A stretch of 64,000 nt of DNA from Ostrea edulis (lineage: Eukaryota). The DNA is taken from NCBI RefSeq assembly GCF_947568905.1, contig NC_079172.1, forward strand, positions 62,372,001 through 62,436,000, read 5' to 3'. Shown in pieces: positions 1 through 14,000 of this stretch. Position numbers and translations under genes: made by a program. The notes beneath the pieces were generated by a model. That model did not search any database, had not been told where the DNA came from, and saw nothing but the letters and a program-made list of their open reading frames with translations. The first letter of the stretch is position 1, and every line of letters starts with the position of its first letter.

Positions 1-901
1 ATATTAATACAGATATCAATAACAATGAAACTATTTAAATTCTATAAAATACTCTTTTAACATATTTACATTTTAACCCTGGTCACTTTAGCTTCGTATT
101 GGCAATTCGCCAGGTATATTGAGACTTTAGCCAATCAAAATGCAAATTACAAAATAGTTGTATTTGATATGCTGTTATAATCGTGGACTGCATGTATATG
201 CCACAAGCCTCAAGTCATTAAATACATTTTGTATATGCCGTAAGTTGCCTATGCTAAAATGTGCAACATAGCTAAGTCTTCGATGATATGTGTTATGTTT
301 CGTAAAGTACAGTCATGTATTTACACCGCAAGCTGCAGATTATGAAATACAAGTAGGAGGGAAAATGTTAATCAAACTTTGCGCTATGTCATTGAAATCG
401 CGCAGGGGTTTAATATTTCTAGGTTCTATATCAGATTCTATATGCTTATGACAGTACGTAGTGTCTTAATATTGAGTTTATATTTATACAACTTTCATCT
501 TCTGTCAGGATTAAAGCTGTCTGGTAGAACTGACGTCTGCGTTTTTCGTTCCTCTCGCATTAATTCTTTGTTTCTATCTTTGGTATCAGTGTTTGATTTT
601 CTTGACAATGTGCATTATTTTTCTCTTTCAAAAGATCGAAATATTCATAATGTTAAAATATTCATTTGTTCTATTCAGTTTGTTTTTATTATCAGAAAAA
701 TAATTGGTGTTTTATAATCTATTTTTTGAATAGTTTTTATGCTACCTGATCTCATCACAAATCATCTTTAAAACTTAACTTGCATAAATTAATGGAGGTC
801 ATAGCCCCATCGTTCATGATAAGCTTGGATATCGTTACAGTCTAATAATTTCTCTTTATTCCTATTGCCGTGTCCAGGACAAAAAAAAAGTAGATTGAAA
901 G

Positions 902-1020
902 ATGGTTAGTTTGTACAGCGAATTAAATCAGGAATATGGTTAGTTTGTACAGCGAATTGAATCATATGCTTAGTTTGTACAGCGAATTGAATCATGTGGT
1001 TAGTTTGTACAGCGAATTGT
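902..1020. repeat. 30-bp tandem repeat, about 4 copies
   Basis: Unit ATGGTTAGTTTGTACAGCGAATTGAATCAT. Confidence 0.9.
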
Positions 1021-1069
1021 TCTATATGATTGTTTTATGTCCCGTCAACAATTTTTCATTCATACTGAA

Positions 1070-1445
1070 ATATAGGAGAAGTACCACAAATTTAGACCTA
1101 TGCTTAGCGCTCAGGGCCATAGCAGGGAGGGTTCTTTAACATGCCAAAACCTACCACAACACGGGACCTCCGTTCATACGGTCCTTTAATCCCCCCTTTA
1201 AACCTCCCGGTTACAGAGCGAACGCTCTTCAGGAGTACGATTTTTCCTCTTTTCAGAGGAAATTCTCTAATTGGCTCAATTTTCTAAAAAATGAAACACT
1301 CTTGACTTGATTTGAAGTGACAGAATATAATTTTTTTTCCAGGTAGGGTGAGGTGTTTTCCTACTTTTTTGACCAGTTTTCCTCTGATTTCTGAGGAATT
1401 CAGTCACATTCCTGGCTCTACTATTGAGCTACCGCGACCGGTCAA
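1070..1445 (-). mobile_element. Degenerate tRNA-derived SINE, head split by a 186-bp insertion
   Basis: Homologous to the SINE at 34051-34387. Head pieces lie at 1415-1445 and 1201-1228, and GCTCT is duplicated either side of 1229-1414. Confidence 0.65.
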
Positions 1446-3394
1446 TGATGACAGGTCCCCACCGAGCTGTCACTCCCATTGTCTCACGTGTAGCTTGGTG
1501 AGAAGGAGGTTGTAATGTTGTCAATGTCAGATCAGACAGATTTAAAAAAAAATAAATGCTGTTCATGGATACGCTCAATCTACAGTACCTATCCAAAAAC
1601 ATTCAACTATACATAAACATATATTTAATTATTAAAGTTTCTGCTATATAACTTTTTTGAAAATCAGGAATTCACAGTTTTCCATGTAAATATCAATTCT
1701 ACCAGGATAAAATATCTCTAAACTTATCGTTTCATTATCCAAGATGTTTAATCAATACAAGTCAGGATTTTTCCCAAGGTAAAGTAAGCTATCTAAATGT
1801 TTACAATAGTAACTTTAATAATTACTAAGAAATTTTTTGCTATGGTCAAAGTACCGAAGTTTTCACAACAGTAAAGTATAGAGAACTTGAGTGTTTTTGT
1901 TTGTGAGAAAACGCGTTTATAAAATAAAGTTTAATAACGGATTTTGTCCCCCGTCCGCAAAATCACGTCTTGATTATTTATACCTTAGGTTTTCTTACAT
2001 AAGTCAAAAACTTTCGATGAACAATGAAGAAATTACTGTACTCTCAAAATTGACGATATCTTATATTTCTTTTATAACGTGGGTGAGCCATGGTTCAATG
2101 AAATCCCGATCTGTCCATATTTGAATAAACTATTTCTGTAATCAACAGGTCGTATATTTAGATTTTCTTGTTGCTAAGAGTAATTTCCTTCACCTGACAA
2201 ACATTTAACAATTGCTGTTGCCTGAAACTGATTGAACCGATGGCTTGTCGCTGACCTGGTTGCGCAACGAGGATTGGGATCACGTGATTTAACACCGTCT
2301 CTTCTTATTTTTCTCCTCAGAGTAACTGATCGTTCGCTTTATCACGTGTTACGACACACATGTATCAACATTTCGTTCATTATAAGAAAAATGTCTGAAA
2401 GAAGAGAAAATTCATCCACGTGCTATCAGACACATTAATCAGTACATCATTAAAAATCATTACGTCATGTAAAGTTGAGATGTTTTTAAATTAAAAAAAA
2501 AAACCCACCAGTTTTGAAAATAAATGAGGGTATGAACTCCGACTGTTCACGCCGCCATACTTCATGAAAAGTTTGCTGGAGCGAGCGTTCCAATGCAGAT
2601 ACATGTAACACCCTCACGCATTTTTAAAAATGAAATTTTCTTTGTACTTTCATTTCTGTTGGAATTTCCACCCGTGAAAATAGACGTAATATATTTATCT
2701 AGAGTATTTCGTGATATGTCGCAATTCTTTATAAGCCTCAATCGTTTGATATATAGAACGATAAACGCCAAATAAATGTAACCTATAATTTGTTTATTTT
2801 ATTGCGTTTGTACGAGATAAAGAACGTATATTGTATGTAGCAGTTGGAATTAAAACACCAAAAAGACTAATCATTCTTCAGTTTCTCTTGCTACTGATTT
2901 GGAATATACAAGTACATATTTCTTCAATGGAGCTAAAACATCATTGCATTTTCACAAGTATTTGAATTTTAAAAATAATTTCCTCTAAGTCATGTTTTTC
3001 CTAATTTCCGTACACACGCGCCAGACATAAATTTTCATCATTACATAAACATCTCTGATAATCGTTTCCATAAAAAGTTCACATTATGCATAGCCATCAC
3101 ATTCCAATGAATAGAATTTGCAAGTAAATTTGAGAATTTACGAAATCTGTTCAATTTATTCTAATTTAGAAATTTGATGGAAAACATACATTCCAAATAC
3201 TGAAATTTATTAGAAGACATGCAGAATAATAGTGATTCGAGTTGAAGCCAAATGTGAGAAAGATCGAATGTCGTCGTTCAATTTACTCTTAGGATTTCCC
3301 TAGGGGTTTATTAGATAGCCTGTTCAATTAATCCAAGTTTAATTGATGTTTCTTGACAGCGATTGTGAAGAATGAAGTGCATTTAATAAAGCGA

Positions 3395-3786
3395 AACAGC
3401 CAAGGTATGTTTGAAAATCAGTCAAGCTGTGTTTGATAAACATCCAAGCCTGAAAAGCAGTCAAGCTGTCTTGATAATCAGACTAGCTGTGTTTGATAAA
3501 CAGGCAAGCTGTGCTTGATAATCAGGCAAGCTGTGTTTGATAATCAGTGAAGCTGTGTTTGATAATCAGTGAAGCTGTGTTTGATAATCAGTGAAGCTGT
3601 GTTTGATAATCAGTCAAGCTGTGTTTGATAATCAGTCAAGGTGTGTTTGATAAACAGCCAAGCTGTGTTTGATAATCAGCCAAGCTGTGTTTGATAATCA
3701 GTCAAGCTGTGTTTGATAAACAGTCAAGCTGTGTTTGATAATCAGTCAAGCTGTGTTTGATAATCAGTCAAGCTGTGTTTGATAAT
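3395..3786. repeat. 22-bp minisatellite
   Basis: Unit TAATCAGTCAAGCTGTGTTTGA. Confidence 0.95.
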
Positions 3787-3802
3787 CGTGTATGCTGGTT
3801 CT

Positions 3803-3941
3803 GATTGTTTGTTTCAAAAAAGAGAAACTCTTATTCAGTTTTTGATTCAATGTGTTTTGTTTGTTTCTTAATAAGGAAACTCTTATTCAGGTTTTGATTC
3901 AATGTGTTTTGTTTGTTTCTAAAAAGAGAAACTCTTATTCA
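3803..3941. repeat. ~52-bp tandem repeat, 2-3 copies
   Basis: GAAACTCTTATTCAG...GATTCAATGTGTTTTGTTTGTTTC is repeated. Confidence 0.8.
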
Positions 3942-6313
3942 ATTCACCGCCCTTCAAATAGCCCCAGTAATACATAATTATCGTTATCTTCACGTTTTCA
4001 TCAAGTATTTTAATTTTGATGTCTTCGAGGATAAAAAGTGAATTGTGCATCAGGGTATGTAATTTAACTCAGCAATTTATAAATAACATTTAATTAATTT
4101 TATTTCAATTGATAATTTAATTTTGTTGTAAACACTTCTTTGTTCATAAGGTTGATATTCGTACAAAGTTCACACACCAATACTTAGACCGAGTACATGT
4201 AACTCCACTTTGACCTTATCTTGGACCATAGCTCTAGATCCAGTAAATCTTCATTTCAGATCAAAACAACTTGTATTTGATCAGGACCTTTTCATCCTCA
4301 TCTTAGTTGATACATTTTCTGTTGAATTTATTTCCTGACCGCTAGAATCCTCGACTCTCATTCGTTTGATGCAGTTAAGTTGCCTTTGGGCGACAGATGT
4401 TTGAACTCGGGTAGTATGCGAATGTCGGAAGCTTTCATTTTAATTCGGTCTTTTAAGACACTCAGCGATGTTGTTTGGGGAAACAAAGAGATAGAAGTGG
4501 ACATTAAGAAATGGGTCCAGCAGATAATATCAGGACCAGGTTATAGGGAGGAATTATCTGTAGAACACCGTCCAACTCTATAATTCAATAGTATAATTAG
4601 GGTGAAGACTCGCATATACCTCAGTACTAACCTTTGGTCCTCTCACTAATTTACTATATCAAATTTAGACAAATGACCGCTAAAATTAGAAAGTTCATTC
4701 CTCCAAGTGCCAATTAAAAAAACCCACAAACATTTTAAAGGGCCCATTGCTTTTATTGGTCGTACCCCCCCCTTTTTTTTTTTTTACAACACATAGCGAT
4801 CTGCAGTGAATTACACCCTTCATTTCAAACATACCCCTACATGTACCATGGCAATTTGAAAGAATTTTTTTGATTTTAACCAATCACGCAACACCTAGAC
4901 ATTCATACCTCTGCTCAATCTTGGGGGTAAACTACAATATGTACGTTCGGGTTACGCATCCGGGGCTTTGGTACTCATCCCGATACAGCAATGCTGTTAA
5001 AAGGCAAAACAGAGACTCGATGAGGATATCTAAGATAAACATTGTAAAACTTGTAGGAGTTCGATGTGACGGGAATGAAATTTCTGGAAAGCAATATTTT
5101 ATGTTACAGTATGCTGTCAAGGAAATTTCCCCTAACGATGGTCTTTCTTGTTGCTTCACAATTGGGATGTGATGCGAGGGTTTGGACTCTCAGCTAGTTT
5201 GAGCATTGTCTTGATTAGAGTTATTCATAATAGAATGCCACATTTTAAGGAGATAAAATAAATCTTACTCTCTAAGGTTTTGGTTTGACTATTGCGTGGG
5301 TGCTATAAGACTATTTCATCGTGGAAACTTGGCGGATCTGATACATGTCTTTTTGATAAAGTCTTTTCTTTTCTCCTTTTTCTTTTTATCTCCTCCCAGT
5401 TTCCTGAGCTATACACTAATCTTTAAGATTCATGTCCAAAATCATAAATATTTACTTCAGTTGTGGGGAACACATTGTGATTAAATGTGGTCACGATGAA
5501 TATTCTTAATGGTTCCGGAAACAAAACAGACCACGGCGAATGAAAAAAAAAAGAAGACTTGATGGCAAAAAAAATATTGTAACATTTGCGATGCATTTCT
5601 GATTAGACCAGTCATCATGTTAATTACGATAAACACGACAGTTAAAGCACTAAAGTGATTTGCTTCGTTAATTCTTCATACGCTATCACTGATGTTAATT
5701 AAACACCGTACGCTTTTCTCTTCTCCTAGTACATTATTTCTGTCCAAATTCATATATTGCTGGTATGGCTAGGTAAAATATATTTTAGAGGGATTGAAAG
5801 GGGTGTACTTAATGCCTTATTTTCATGCTCTCAAATCGTTCTCTTTACTTTCAAGGATTCTATATTTTGCCACTGTAATTAAAAAATAATTATTTCACGC
5901 AAATAATTTATGCAAATGATACGATCCAACAATTCATACTTTTTAAAAGGAATTCATCTTTTTGGGGGGAAACCCTAAAAAGTACAGATGTAGGGCTGTT
6001 GTCACATTAATAGTTACAATTAAAATTACAATCTCATGTATACGTGCTAATACACGATAATAAGATTTACATAAATTATTTAAGAAATAATTAATTTATA
6101 GAAAGTGGGAAAGTGACTAAACACCATAAATGACAATTGGTGTAAAAGAAATTGGACAGATTTAAACATGCCCTTCTGTACCAGTGGTTCGGTAATACAA
6201 ATAATAATTTGTGGCATTATCTGTTAAACTTTGCTGAAGCGAGACCGGTCTCTTTGACAAAGTGCAAGCGTCAAGAGGACAATCGGGAAGAGGGAGATCA
6301 GTGGTAATTATCT

Positions 6314-6780
6314 ACTAGTTCACAACTCACTAGTACTACTCATCCAATGTACTAGTTCACAACTCACTAGAAATACTTATCAAATATACTAGTTCACAAC
6401 TCACTAGTATTACTCATCCAATGTACATTTCACAACTCACTAGTACTACTCATCCAATGTATTAGTTCACAACTCACTAGTACTACTCATCCAATGTACT
6501 AGTTCACAACTCACTAGAAATACTTATCAAATATACTAGTTCACAACTCACTAGTATTACTCATCCAATGTACATTTCACAACTCACTAGTACTACTCAT
6601 CCAATGTATTAGTTCACAACTCACTAGTACTACTCATCCAATGTATTAGTTCACAACTCACTAGAAATACTTATCAAATATACTAGTTCACAACTCACTA
6701 GTATTACTCATCCAATGTACATTTCACAACTCACTAGTACTACTCATCCAATGTACTATTTCACAACTCACTAGTACTAC
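6314..6780. repeat. 36-37-bp minisatellite with a 4-monomer (147-bp) higher-order repeat
   Basis: Unit ACTAGTTCACAACTCACTAGTACTACTCATCCAATGT; the variant monomer ...AGAAATACTTATCAAATAT recurs at 6351, 6498 and 6645. Confidence 0.92.
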
Positions 6781-7131
6781 TTGTAAATACGTTGTTGTAC
6801 GTTGTAAATACGCTGTTGTACGTTGTAAATACGTTCTTGTACGTTGTAAATGCGTTGTTGTACGTTGTAAATACGGTCTTGTACGTTGTAAATACGTTGT
6901 TGTACGTTGTAAATACGGTCTTGTACGTTGTATATTAGTTCATGTACGTTGTAAATACGGTCTTGTACGTTGTAAATACGTTGTTGTACGTTGTAAATAC
7001 GTTGTAAATACGGTCTTGTACGTTGTATATTAGTTCATGTACGTTGTAAATACGGTCTTGTACGTTGTAAATACGTTGTTGTACTTTGTAAATACGTTGT
7101 TGTACGTTGTAAATACGGTCTTGTACGTTGT
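6781..7131. repeat. 21-bp minisatellite
   Basis: Unit GTACGTTGTAAATACGTTGTT with variants. Confidence 0.95.
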
Positions 7132-7769
7132 TTTATTATACATTTATTGCCTGATAGTGAAGTAGACACACTCTATCCACATAATTATCTGATCTCTCTA
7201 GGCCACTGAAACATTTACTGTGTTTGTTTTTTTAATATTCAGTGTAAACTAAATAAGTGGAAACACCGTGTTCAGAGAGCACGTCGACCTGTCCTTGATT
7301 ACCACCAATCATTGTTGATTATTGGCTTAATAATTATAGATCAAATACCAGTAGTAGAGTTACCCAACCATGGAGCTTAGATTTGGAGTGTAATAGGTGA
7401 TTTGGTTTAGGTAAAACTCTTTAGTTTGAGATGTGAATCATGTACTACTCATTGAAAAGGATTGAAAATGATAGGGATAATTTTAGGCAAGGCATACACA
7501 TGTAGGAAGATGACACCTGTAAAGGGACACCACTTCTACAAAGGGACACAACTTCTAAAAAGGGACAAAACTTCTACAAAGGGACACAACTTCTTCTCTC
7601 TGACAAATGATCAAGCTTTTAGAGTGGACAGAAAAGAAATGATCGATTCTCTCTAAGTACTAGCATTCAAATAAAAGAAATTTAATCATGTATGGAATTC
7701 TAATTTATAAGCTAGTCTCCAAGAAATTGTAGAAATGTTTGATCGGTCGCAGTTCATGCATTTGTACTA

Positions 7770-7997
7770 TGACGTCATAGATTGAATAAAACTGTCATTC
7801 TTCCTCCGAAATAAATTATCCGTAATTCAGTATATGTCGTCGAATTTCGTCTTATCATTGCTAATCAGGTGCCAGGAAAGCGTCACTAAATGATATTTTG
7901 AATGAAAATTTCCATTATCTGCAGAAATACATACACTTCTCACATCATTATGAATATCATTTAAGTTAAATATTCAAATTAAGTGATTTATATAAAG
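7770..7997 (+). promoter_or_regulatory. Putative peroxidase core promoter: CRE palindrome TGACGTCA (7770-7777) and TATA box TATATAAA (7989-7996)
   Basis: Motifs read directly just upstream of the exon 1 ATG; function is inferred. Confidence 0.5.
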
Positions 7998-8024
7998 CTT
8001 TGACTCGTTCACAATACTAGTCAA

Positions 8025-8046
8025 ATGAAAAGGCTACTATTTATCT
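8025..8046 (+). CDS. Peroxidase exon 1 (MKRLLFI, start of signal peptide)
   Basis: ATG lies about 30 nt after TATATAAA. Strong donor GTAAGT at 8047, phase 1. Joined to exon 2 it gives the hydrophobic leader [21 protein letters not shown]. Confidence 0.65.
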
Positions 8047-11000
8047 GTAAGTATACATTGTGTTTCTATGTGTCTGTTCTTTTAAAATGTATTATTCAAA
8101 ACATTTTGCTGATATACGGTCTGGATCTAAAATAGGCCTGGACTACTAAAATACGGTCTGGATAACTAAAACACGGCATGAACTGCTAAAACACAACTCC
8201 GATATAAAACAAGAAATTACGCCCATAATCGCTAAAAACTACTAAAACCACTAAGACGACCTGGACTACCAAAAACGACCTGGACTACTAAAAACGACCT
8301 GGACTACTAAACACGACCTGGACTACTAAACAAGATCTGGACTACTAAACACGACCTGGACTACTAAACAAGATCTAGACTACTAAACACGACCTGCACT
8401 ACTAAACACGACCTGGACTACTAAACACGACCTGGACTTCTAAACACGACCTGGACTACTAAACACGACCTGGACTACTAAACACGACCTGGACTTCTAA
8501 ACACGACCTGGACTACTAAACAAGATCTAGACTACTAAACACGACCTGGACTACTAAACATGACCTGGACTACTAAACACGACCTGGACTTCTAAACACG
8601 ATCTGGACTACTAAACAAGACCTGGACTACTAAACAAGACCTGGACTACTAAACACGACCTGGACCACTAAACACGACCTGGACTACTAAACACAAATTG
8701 GACTACTAAACACGACCTGGACTACTAAACACGACCTGCACTACTAAACACGATCTGGACTACTAAACACGACCTGCACTACTAAACACGACCTGCACTA
8801 CTAAACAAGACCTGGACTACTAAACATGACCTGGACTACTAAACACAATATGGACTACTAAACACGACCTGCACTACTAAACACAACCTGGACTCTAAAA
8901 CACGACCTGGACTATTAAACACGACCTGGACTACTAAATACGACCTGGACCCTAAAACACGACCTGTACTACTAAACACGACCTGGACTACTAAACAAAA
9001 AATGGACTACTAAACACGACCTGGACTACTAAACACGACCTGCACTACTAAACACGACCTGGACTACTAAACACGACCTGGGCTACTAAAAACGACCTGG
9101 GCTACTAAATACGACATGGACTACTAAAAACGACCTGGAATACTAAACAAGACCAGTACTAATAAACACGACCTGGACTACTAAACACGACCTGTGCTAC
9201 TAAACACGACCTGGACTACTAAACACGACCTGGGCTACTAAAAACGACCTGGGCTACTAAATACGACATGGACTACTAAAAACGACCTGGAATACTAAAC
9301 AAGACCAGTACTAATAAACATGACCTGGACTACTAACACGTCCTGGACCCTAAACACGACCTGGACTACTAAACACGACCTGGGCTACTAAAACGACCTG
9401 GGCTTCTAAATATGACATGGACTACTAAAAACTACCTGGACTACTAAACACGACCTGGGCTACTAAACACGACCTGGACTACTAAAAACGACCTGGACTA
9501 CTAAACACGACCTGGGCTACTAAAAATGACCTGGGCTACTAAATATGACCTGGGCTACTAAACACGACCTGAACTACTAAAAACGACCTGGACTACTAAA
9601 CACGACCTGGGCTACTAAAAACGACCTGGACTACTAAACACGACCTGGGCTACTAAAAATGACCTGGGCTACTAAATATGACCTGGACTACTAAACACAA
9701 CCTGGACTCTAAAACACGATCTGGACTGTAAAACACCACCTGGGCTACTAAACAAGATCTGGACTACTAAACACGACCTGGACTCTAAAACACCACCTGG
9801 ACTACTAAACACGACATGGACTACTAAACACCACCTGGGCTACTAAAAACGACCTGGACTACTAAACACGACCTGGACTCTAAAACACTATCTGGGCTAC
9901 TAAACACGACCTGGGCTACTAAACACCATCCGAACAACTAAAATACGACAAGGCCCTGGGATTATGAAACATCGTAAGTTTAAGTCAAAATCTGAATGTT
10001 GCAAAACACCGCGCGGAACACTGAAACACGACCCGTAACACTAAAACACCGCGCGCAACACTGAAACACGACCCGTAACACTAAAACACCGCGCACAACA
10101 CTGAAACACGACCCATGACACTAAAACACCGCGCACAACACTGAAACACGACCCGTAACACTAAAATACCGCACGCAACACTGAAATACGACCCGTAACA
10201 CTAAAACACCGCGCGGAACACTGAAACACGACCTGTAACACTAAAACACCGCACGCAACACTGAAACACGACCCGTAACACTAAAACACCGCGCACAGCA
10301 CTGAAACACGACCCGTAACACTAAAACACCGCACGCAACACTGAAACACGACCCGTAACACTAAAACACCGCGCGCAGCACTGAAACACGACCTGTAACA
10401 CTAAAACACCGCGCACAACACTGAAACACGACCTGTAACACTAAAACACCGCGCACAACACTGAAACACGACCTGTAACACTAAAACACCGCGCACAACA
10501 CTGAAACACGACCCGTAACACTAAAACACCGCGCACAACACTGAAACACGACCTGTAACACTAAAATACCGCACGCAACACTGAAACATGACATGTGTCA
10601 CTAAAACACCGCGAGCAACACTGAAACATGACCTGTAACACTAAAACACCGCGCGCAACACTGAAACATGACTCATAACACTAAAACACCGTCTGAAACA
10701 CTAAAACTTTGACTGAACCCTAAAACACCACCTACAATTTTTTTTATCAATTTTCTGAGAATATGATGTTCATGTTCGTAACAAATGCACTGGTACAAAG
10801 ACTGAAATTTCAATTCTAATGCTTTAAGAAAATTGCGCGCTGCTTATGATTTTCTTTATCTCATTTGATTAAAATAGATTAGCGTAGTCGTAATCATATA
10901 AAAAACACATCTATTTGTAGATATTGTGAACACTATCTTATGTTAAATAATTTACAATTGTGAAGTCTATACCATAAAGCGGCAACACTATCTGTTAATG

Positions 11001-14000
11001 AGATGTTCAAATGGGACCACACGTCATAATGTTTGATATTGTTGGACAAGGGTTATCTAATGAACGAGCAGGCGTGAAGGATATGTAATTAACTCTGCTT
11101 GTCGTTCAGCATTTACACGTCAGAAGTTATTCCCCCGTGTCAGTGATATTAAATTTTCACTTAACATCACGTTTTTGTTAATAGAATATACGTATGTTGT
11201 CTAAATGTGCTTACACGGCAAAAATAATCCCACGCCAACTTCGCTTTCAATACTGCTGCCATACAATCTTGATTTTTTCACCCCCAAAACTATCTATTGC
11301 ATTGTAATGTTTCTGTGCGGCATACAACAAGCATCTCAATCCGATCCCCTTTCCCTCAGCAAAGACTGCGTACCAATCTCGATGTAATGACCATATAATT
11401 GTTATGAAAGAAATACGTATCAAAATGTAAGGGTTTATTTTTTACTTTCCGGTAAGTTTTATAAAGCTTTTGTGGCCTACCTTGTTCGGATATGATTGAT
11501 TTATCATTTCTCAACAGGCATTGTATTTTACATTCTTAAATAAAATAGTGAAGATAACGAACAGTTGCAAATCTCATAACTCCTGAAAAGAATACAAAAT
11601 TAAGAAAAGAGTAAACACGGACCCCATGTCATACCAGAAGTGGGATCAGGTGACTTAAAGTAAGCATCCCCTGTTGACCAGTCACATAGGCCGTGAGGCC
11701 TGCATCTTGATCAGGTAAACGGAGTAATTTGTAGTCAAAATAAGTATGCAAAGAACGGCCTAACAATTAGTATGAAACATATAAGACAGGCATTCGACCT
11801 AAGAACAGGTTTATTTTGCAAATTAGATTATTATAACTACTGTAGAATTTGCAAAATGCTGAATTTAAACGAAATTGTTGATATTCCTGTAACATCAACT
11901 TGTTTGTCAGTAGCCTGCCTCGATTTAAAACTTGATCGTACGCAGAACAAGCTCTGGTGTATCGAATCAATTGAGCAATATCGGTACCATATGCAGGTGA
12001 TAATGGAATATTGCCACATAAATATGGGAAGATGAGAAGCTGAAATGCAGTTTGCCGTTGACATCCATGTCCAATAGAATAATAAAATCTGAGACAAATT
12101 AGGAGTATTCTATGGTACCTTTTATTTCGAGTTCACAGAGAAACCGGGCTATATAGATTCGACATTTCAATGCAATAAGGAATTTTCGGGATGTGCTGGG
12201 ACGACCGATTATATTTGGCGTTTATACACCACGGTCATGTGATAGTAACCAATGGTAGGGCAGAGTTGACATCGATACAAATGGTATTTCGCTAGCAGAC
12301 GGTCCGTAAACATCTATGCGAAGTCCCAAGATAACTATCCAAGTCATATTTGGTGCTTTACACCTTGGAGTAAATTAGATGGAAGGGAAAAGGCGCATTT
12401 AGATGCGTATCATTGGATGCAAGGCGTGAAGTTTTACCGATATCCTCTAGATTTATTTCCCTCGCCAATTCACATTATCTAGTGTAATGCATTTTCCTAT
12501 AGAACGGTTGTAGTGATTTTTTACATTTAAAGATAGCATTTTAATGCAGGGATTTGATAACAATTGAAGTATCCCATGTTTGTTTACTTAGTTGTTATAT
12601 TGTAATCAGGAAGTGACATGCCCTACAAATTACGTTCAACGCGCGATAAAAGTCAGAGTAGATCTGTATCTCGAAAGTGCCATATTGAGTATCTTTAATA
12701 GATAAAACGTAGCCGAATCCCTTGCTAAAGACCACACAAGGTTTTTTCTTCTGATGTAGAAGCTTTCGAATAAATTCTGTCTCATAAGAATACAAAAAAG
12801 ATGTCAGTTAATAAAGGGGCACAATTCGTGCCCATGCGAATTCCAACAGATTGTTGGAAGACTTGATCAACAAAGACTACGTAGATACTATAAATGAGAC
12901 GTTCTAGCATCTTTTTTATATCAACTTCAGAGTACTTGTTCATAGAATCCAAATAGTGTTTAATAAAGTAATTAACAAAAGACCTACACGGCCGTATGTA
13001 TACATCCTTGATATAAGTGCAAATCAGACTTGTCAACACTGTACACTGAATTATTAATAGAATATTTGTTATACAGAGTTCTTCAAAATGATACTAGGAC
13101 CCAGAAGAGGAATCGTCCTGGTGATATCTTTCCATCTTTTTCTGTTCTCTGAAAGTGTAAACGTATCCGTTATAGAGGACATCTACAACGTCATCAAAAG
13201 CCAGCCCGAATACGAAAACTTAAGTGAGTTTCTTGCTTCAAAATGAAATATATTTCATAACTCTGTTGAGATAATTTCTAACAGCAGCCTTGATATCTTA
13301 CTGTGGTTTCATTAATTATAATGAGCAAAGAATATCTGGTTTTGTTAAAGAAAACGGTTTTAATGATGCATGAATCCGTTGACAACCTTTTCCCTTCTCC
13401 TTAAGGTGGATCGATCCTCATGTGACTTATAAATATTAATGGTTGAAAGTGGGAAAACTGCATTAATTTCAACTCAAAATAGTTAGATTTAATAAATAAC
13501 CAAAGAAAATGTGTATGTTTCCACATTTTTAAAGATATCAGACATACAAAAAAAGAAGCACATGTTAACATAAGAAAATCACAAAAACAGAAGCACATGT
13601 TTACATAAGAAAATCACAAAAACAGAAGCACATGTTAACATAAGAAAATCACAAAAACAGAAGCACATGTTAACATAAGAAAATCACATATTTTCGTTAT
13701 ACAGAATAATTAAGATAGATAAAAATTTGCTGAAATGACAAATCTTAATTGTCAACAGTTTAAAAAAAACCCTACTAATTCATAAATATGTATAAATTAA
13801 TTGTGAATATTGGGGAAATCATGTAAAACATACATGCAGTAGAAGAAATACCAGCATAGGAGTTATTGCCCTTGATAACATTTTAAAATTATAAATAATT
13901 GATTATCTATGGAAAATATAAACTTTTTCAGTATCAATAGCTTAACAATTTTTTTATTTTATTCAGTGAATAAAATTCCTCTGAAAGATGTATTTCTATC

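Noticed and set aside
379-717. 112-aa ORF and other short hydrophobic track ORFs, including antisense ORFs within the LINE
   Set aside because: Non-ATG starts, AT-rich low-complexity composition, no recognisable domain, or simple shadows of real ORFs.
11205-11457. Alternative first or second peroxidase exon (ORF 11205-11387; donor GTAAGT at 11452)
   Set aside because: Tandem stops at 11385-11390 fall in the required frame and there is no good acceptor; exons 1 and 2 already give a complete signal peptide.
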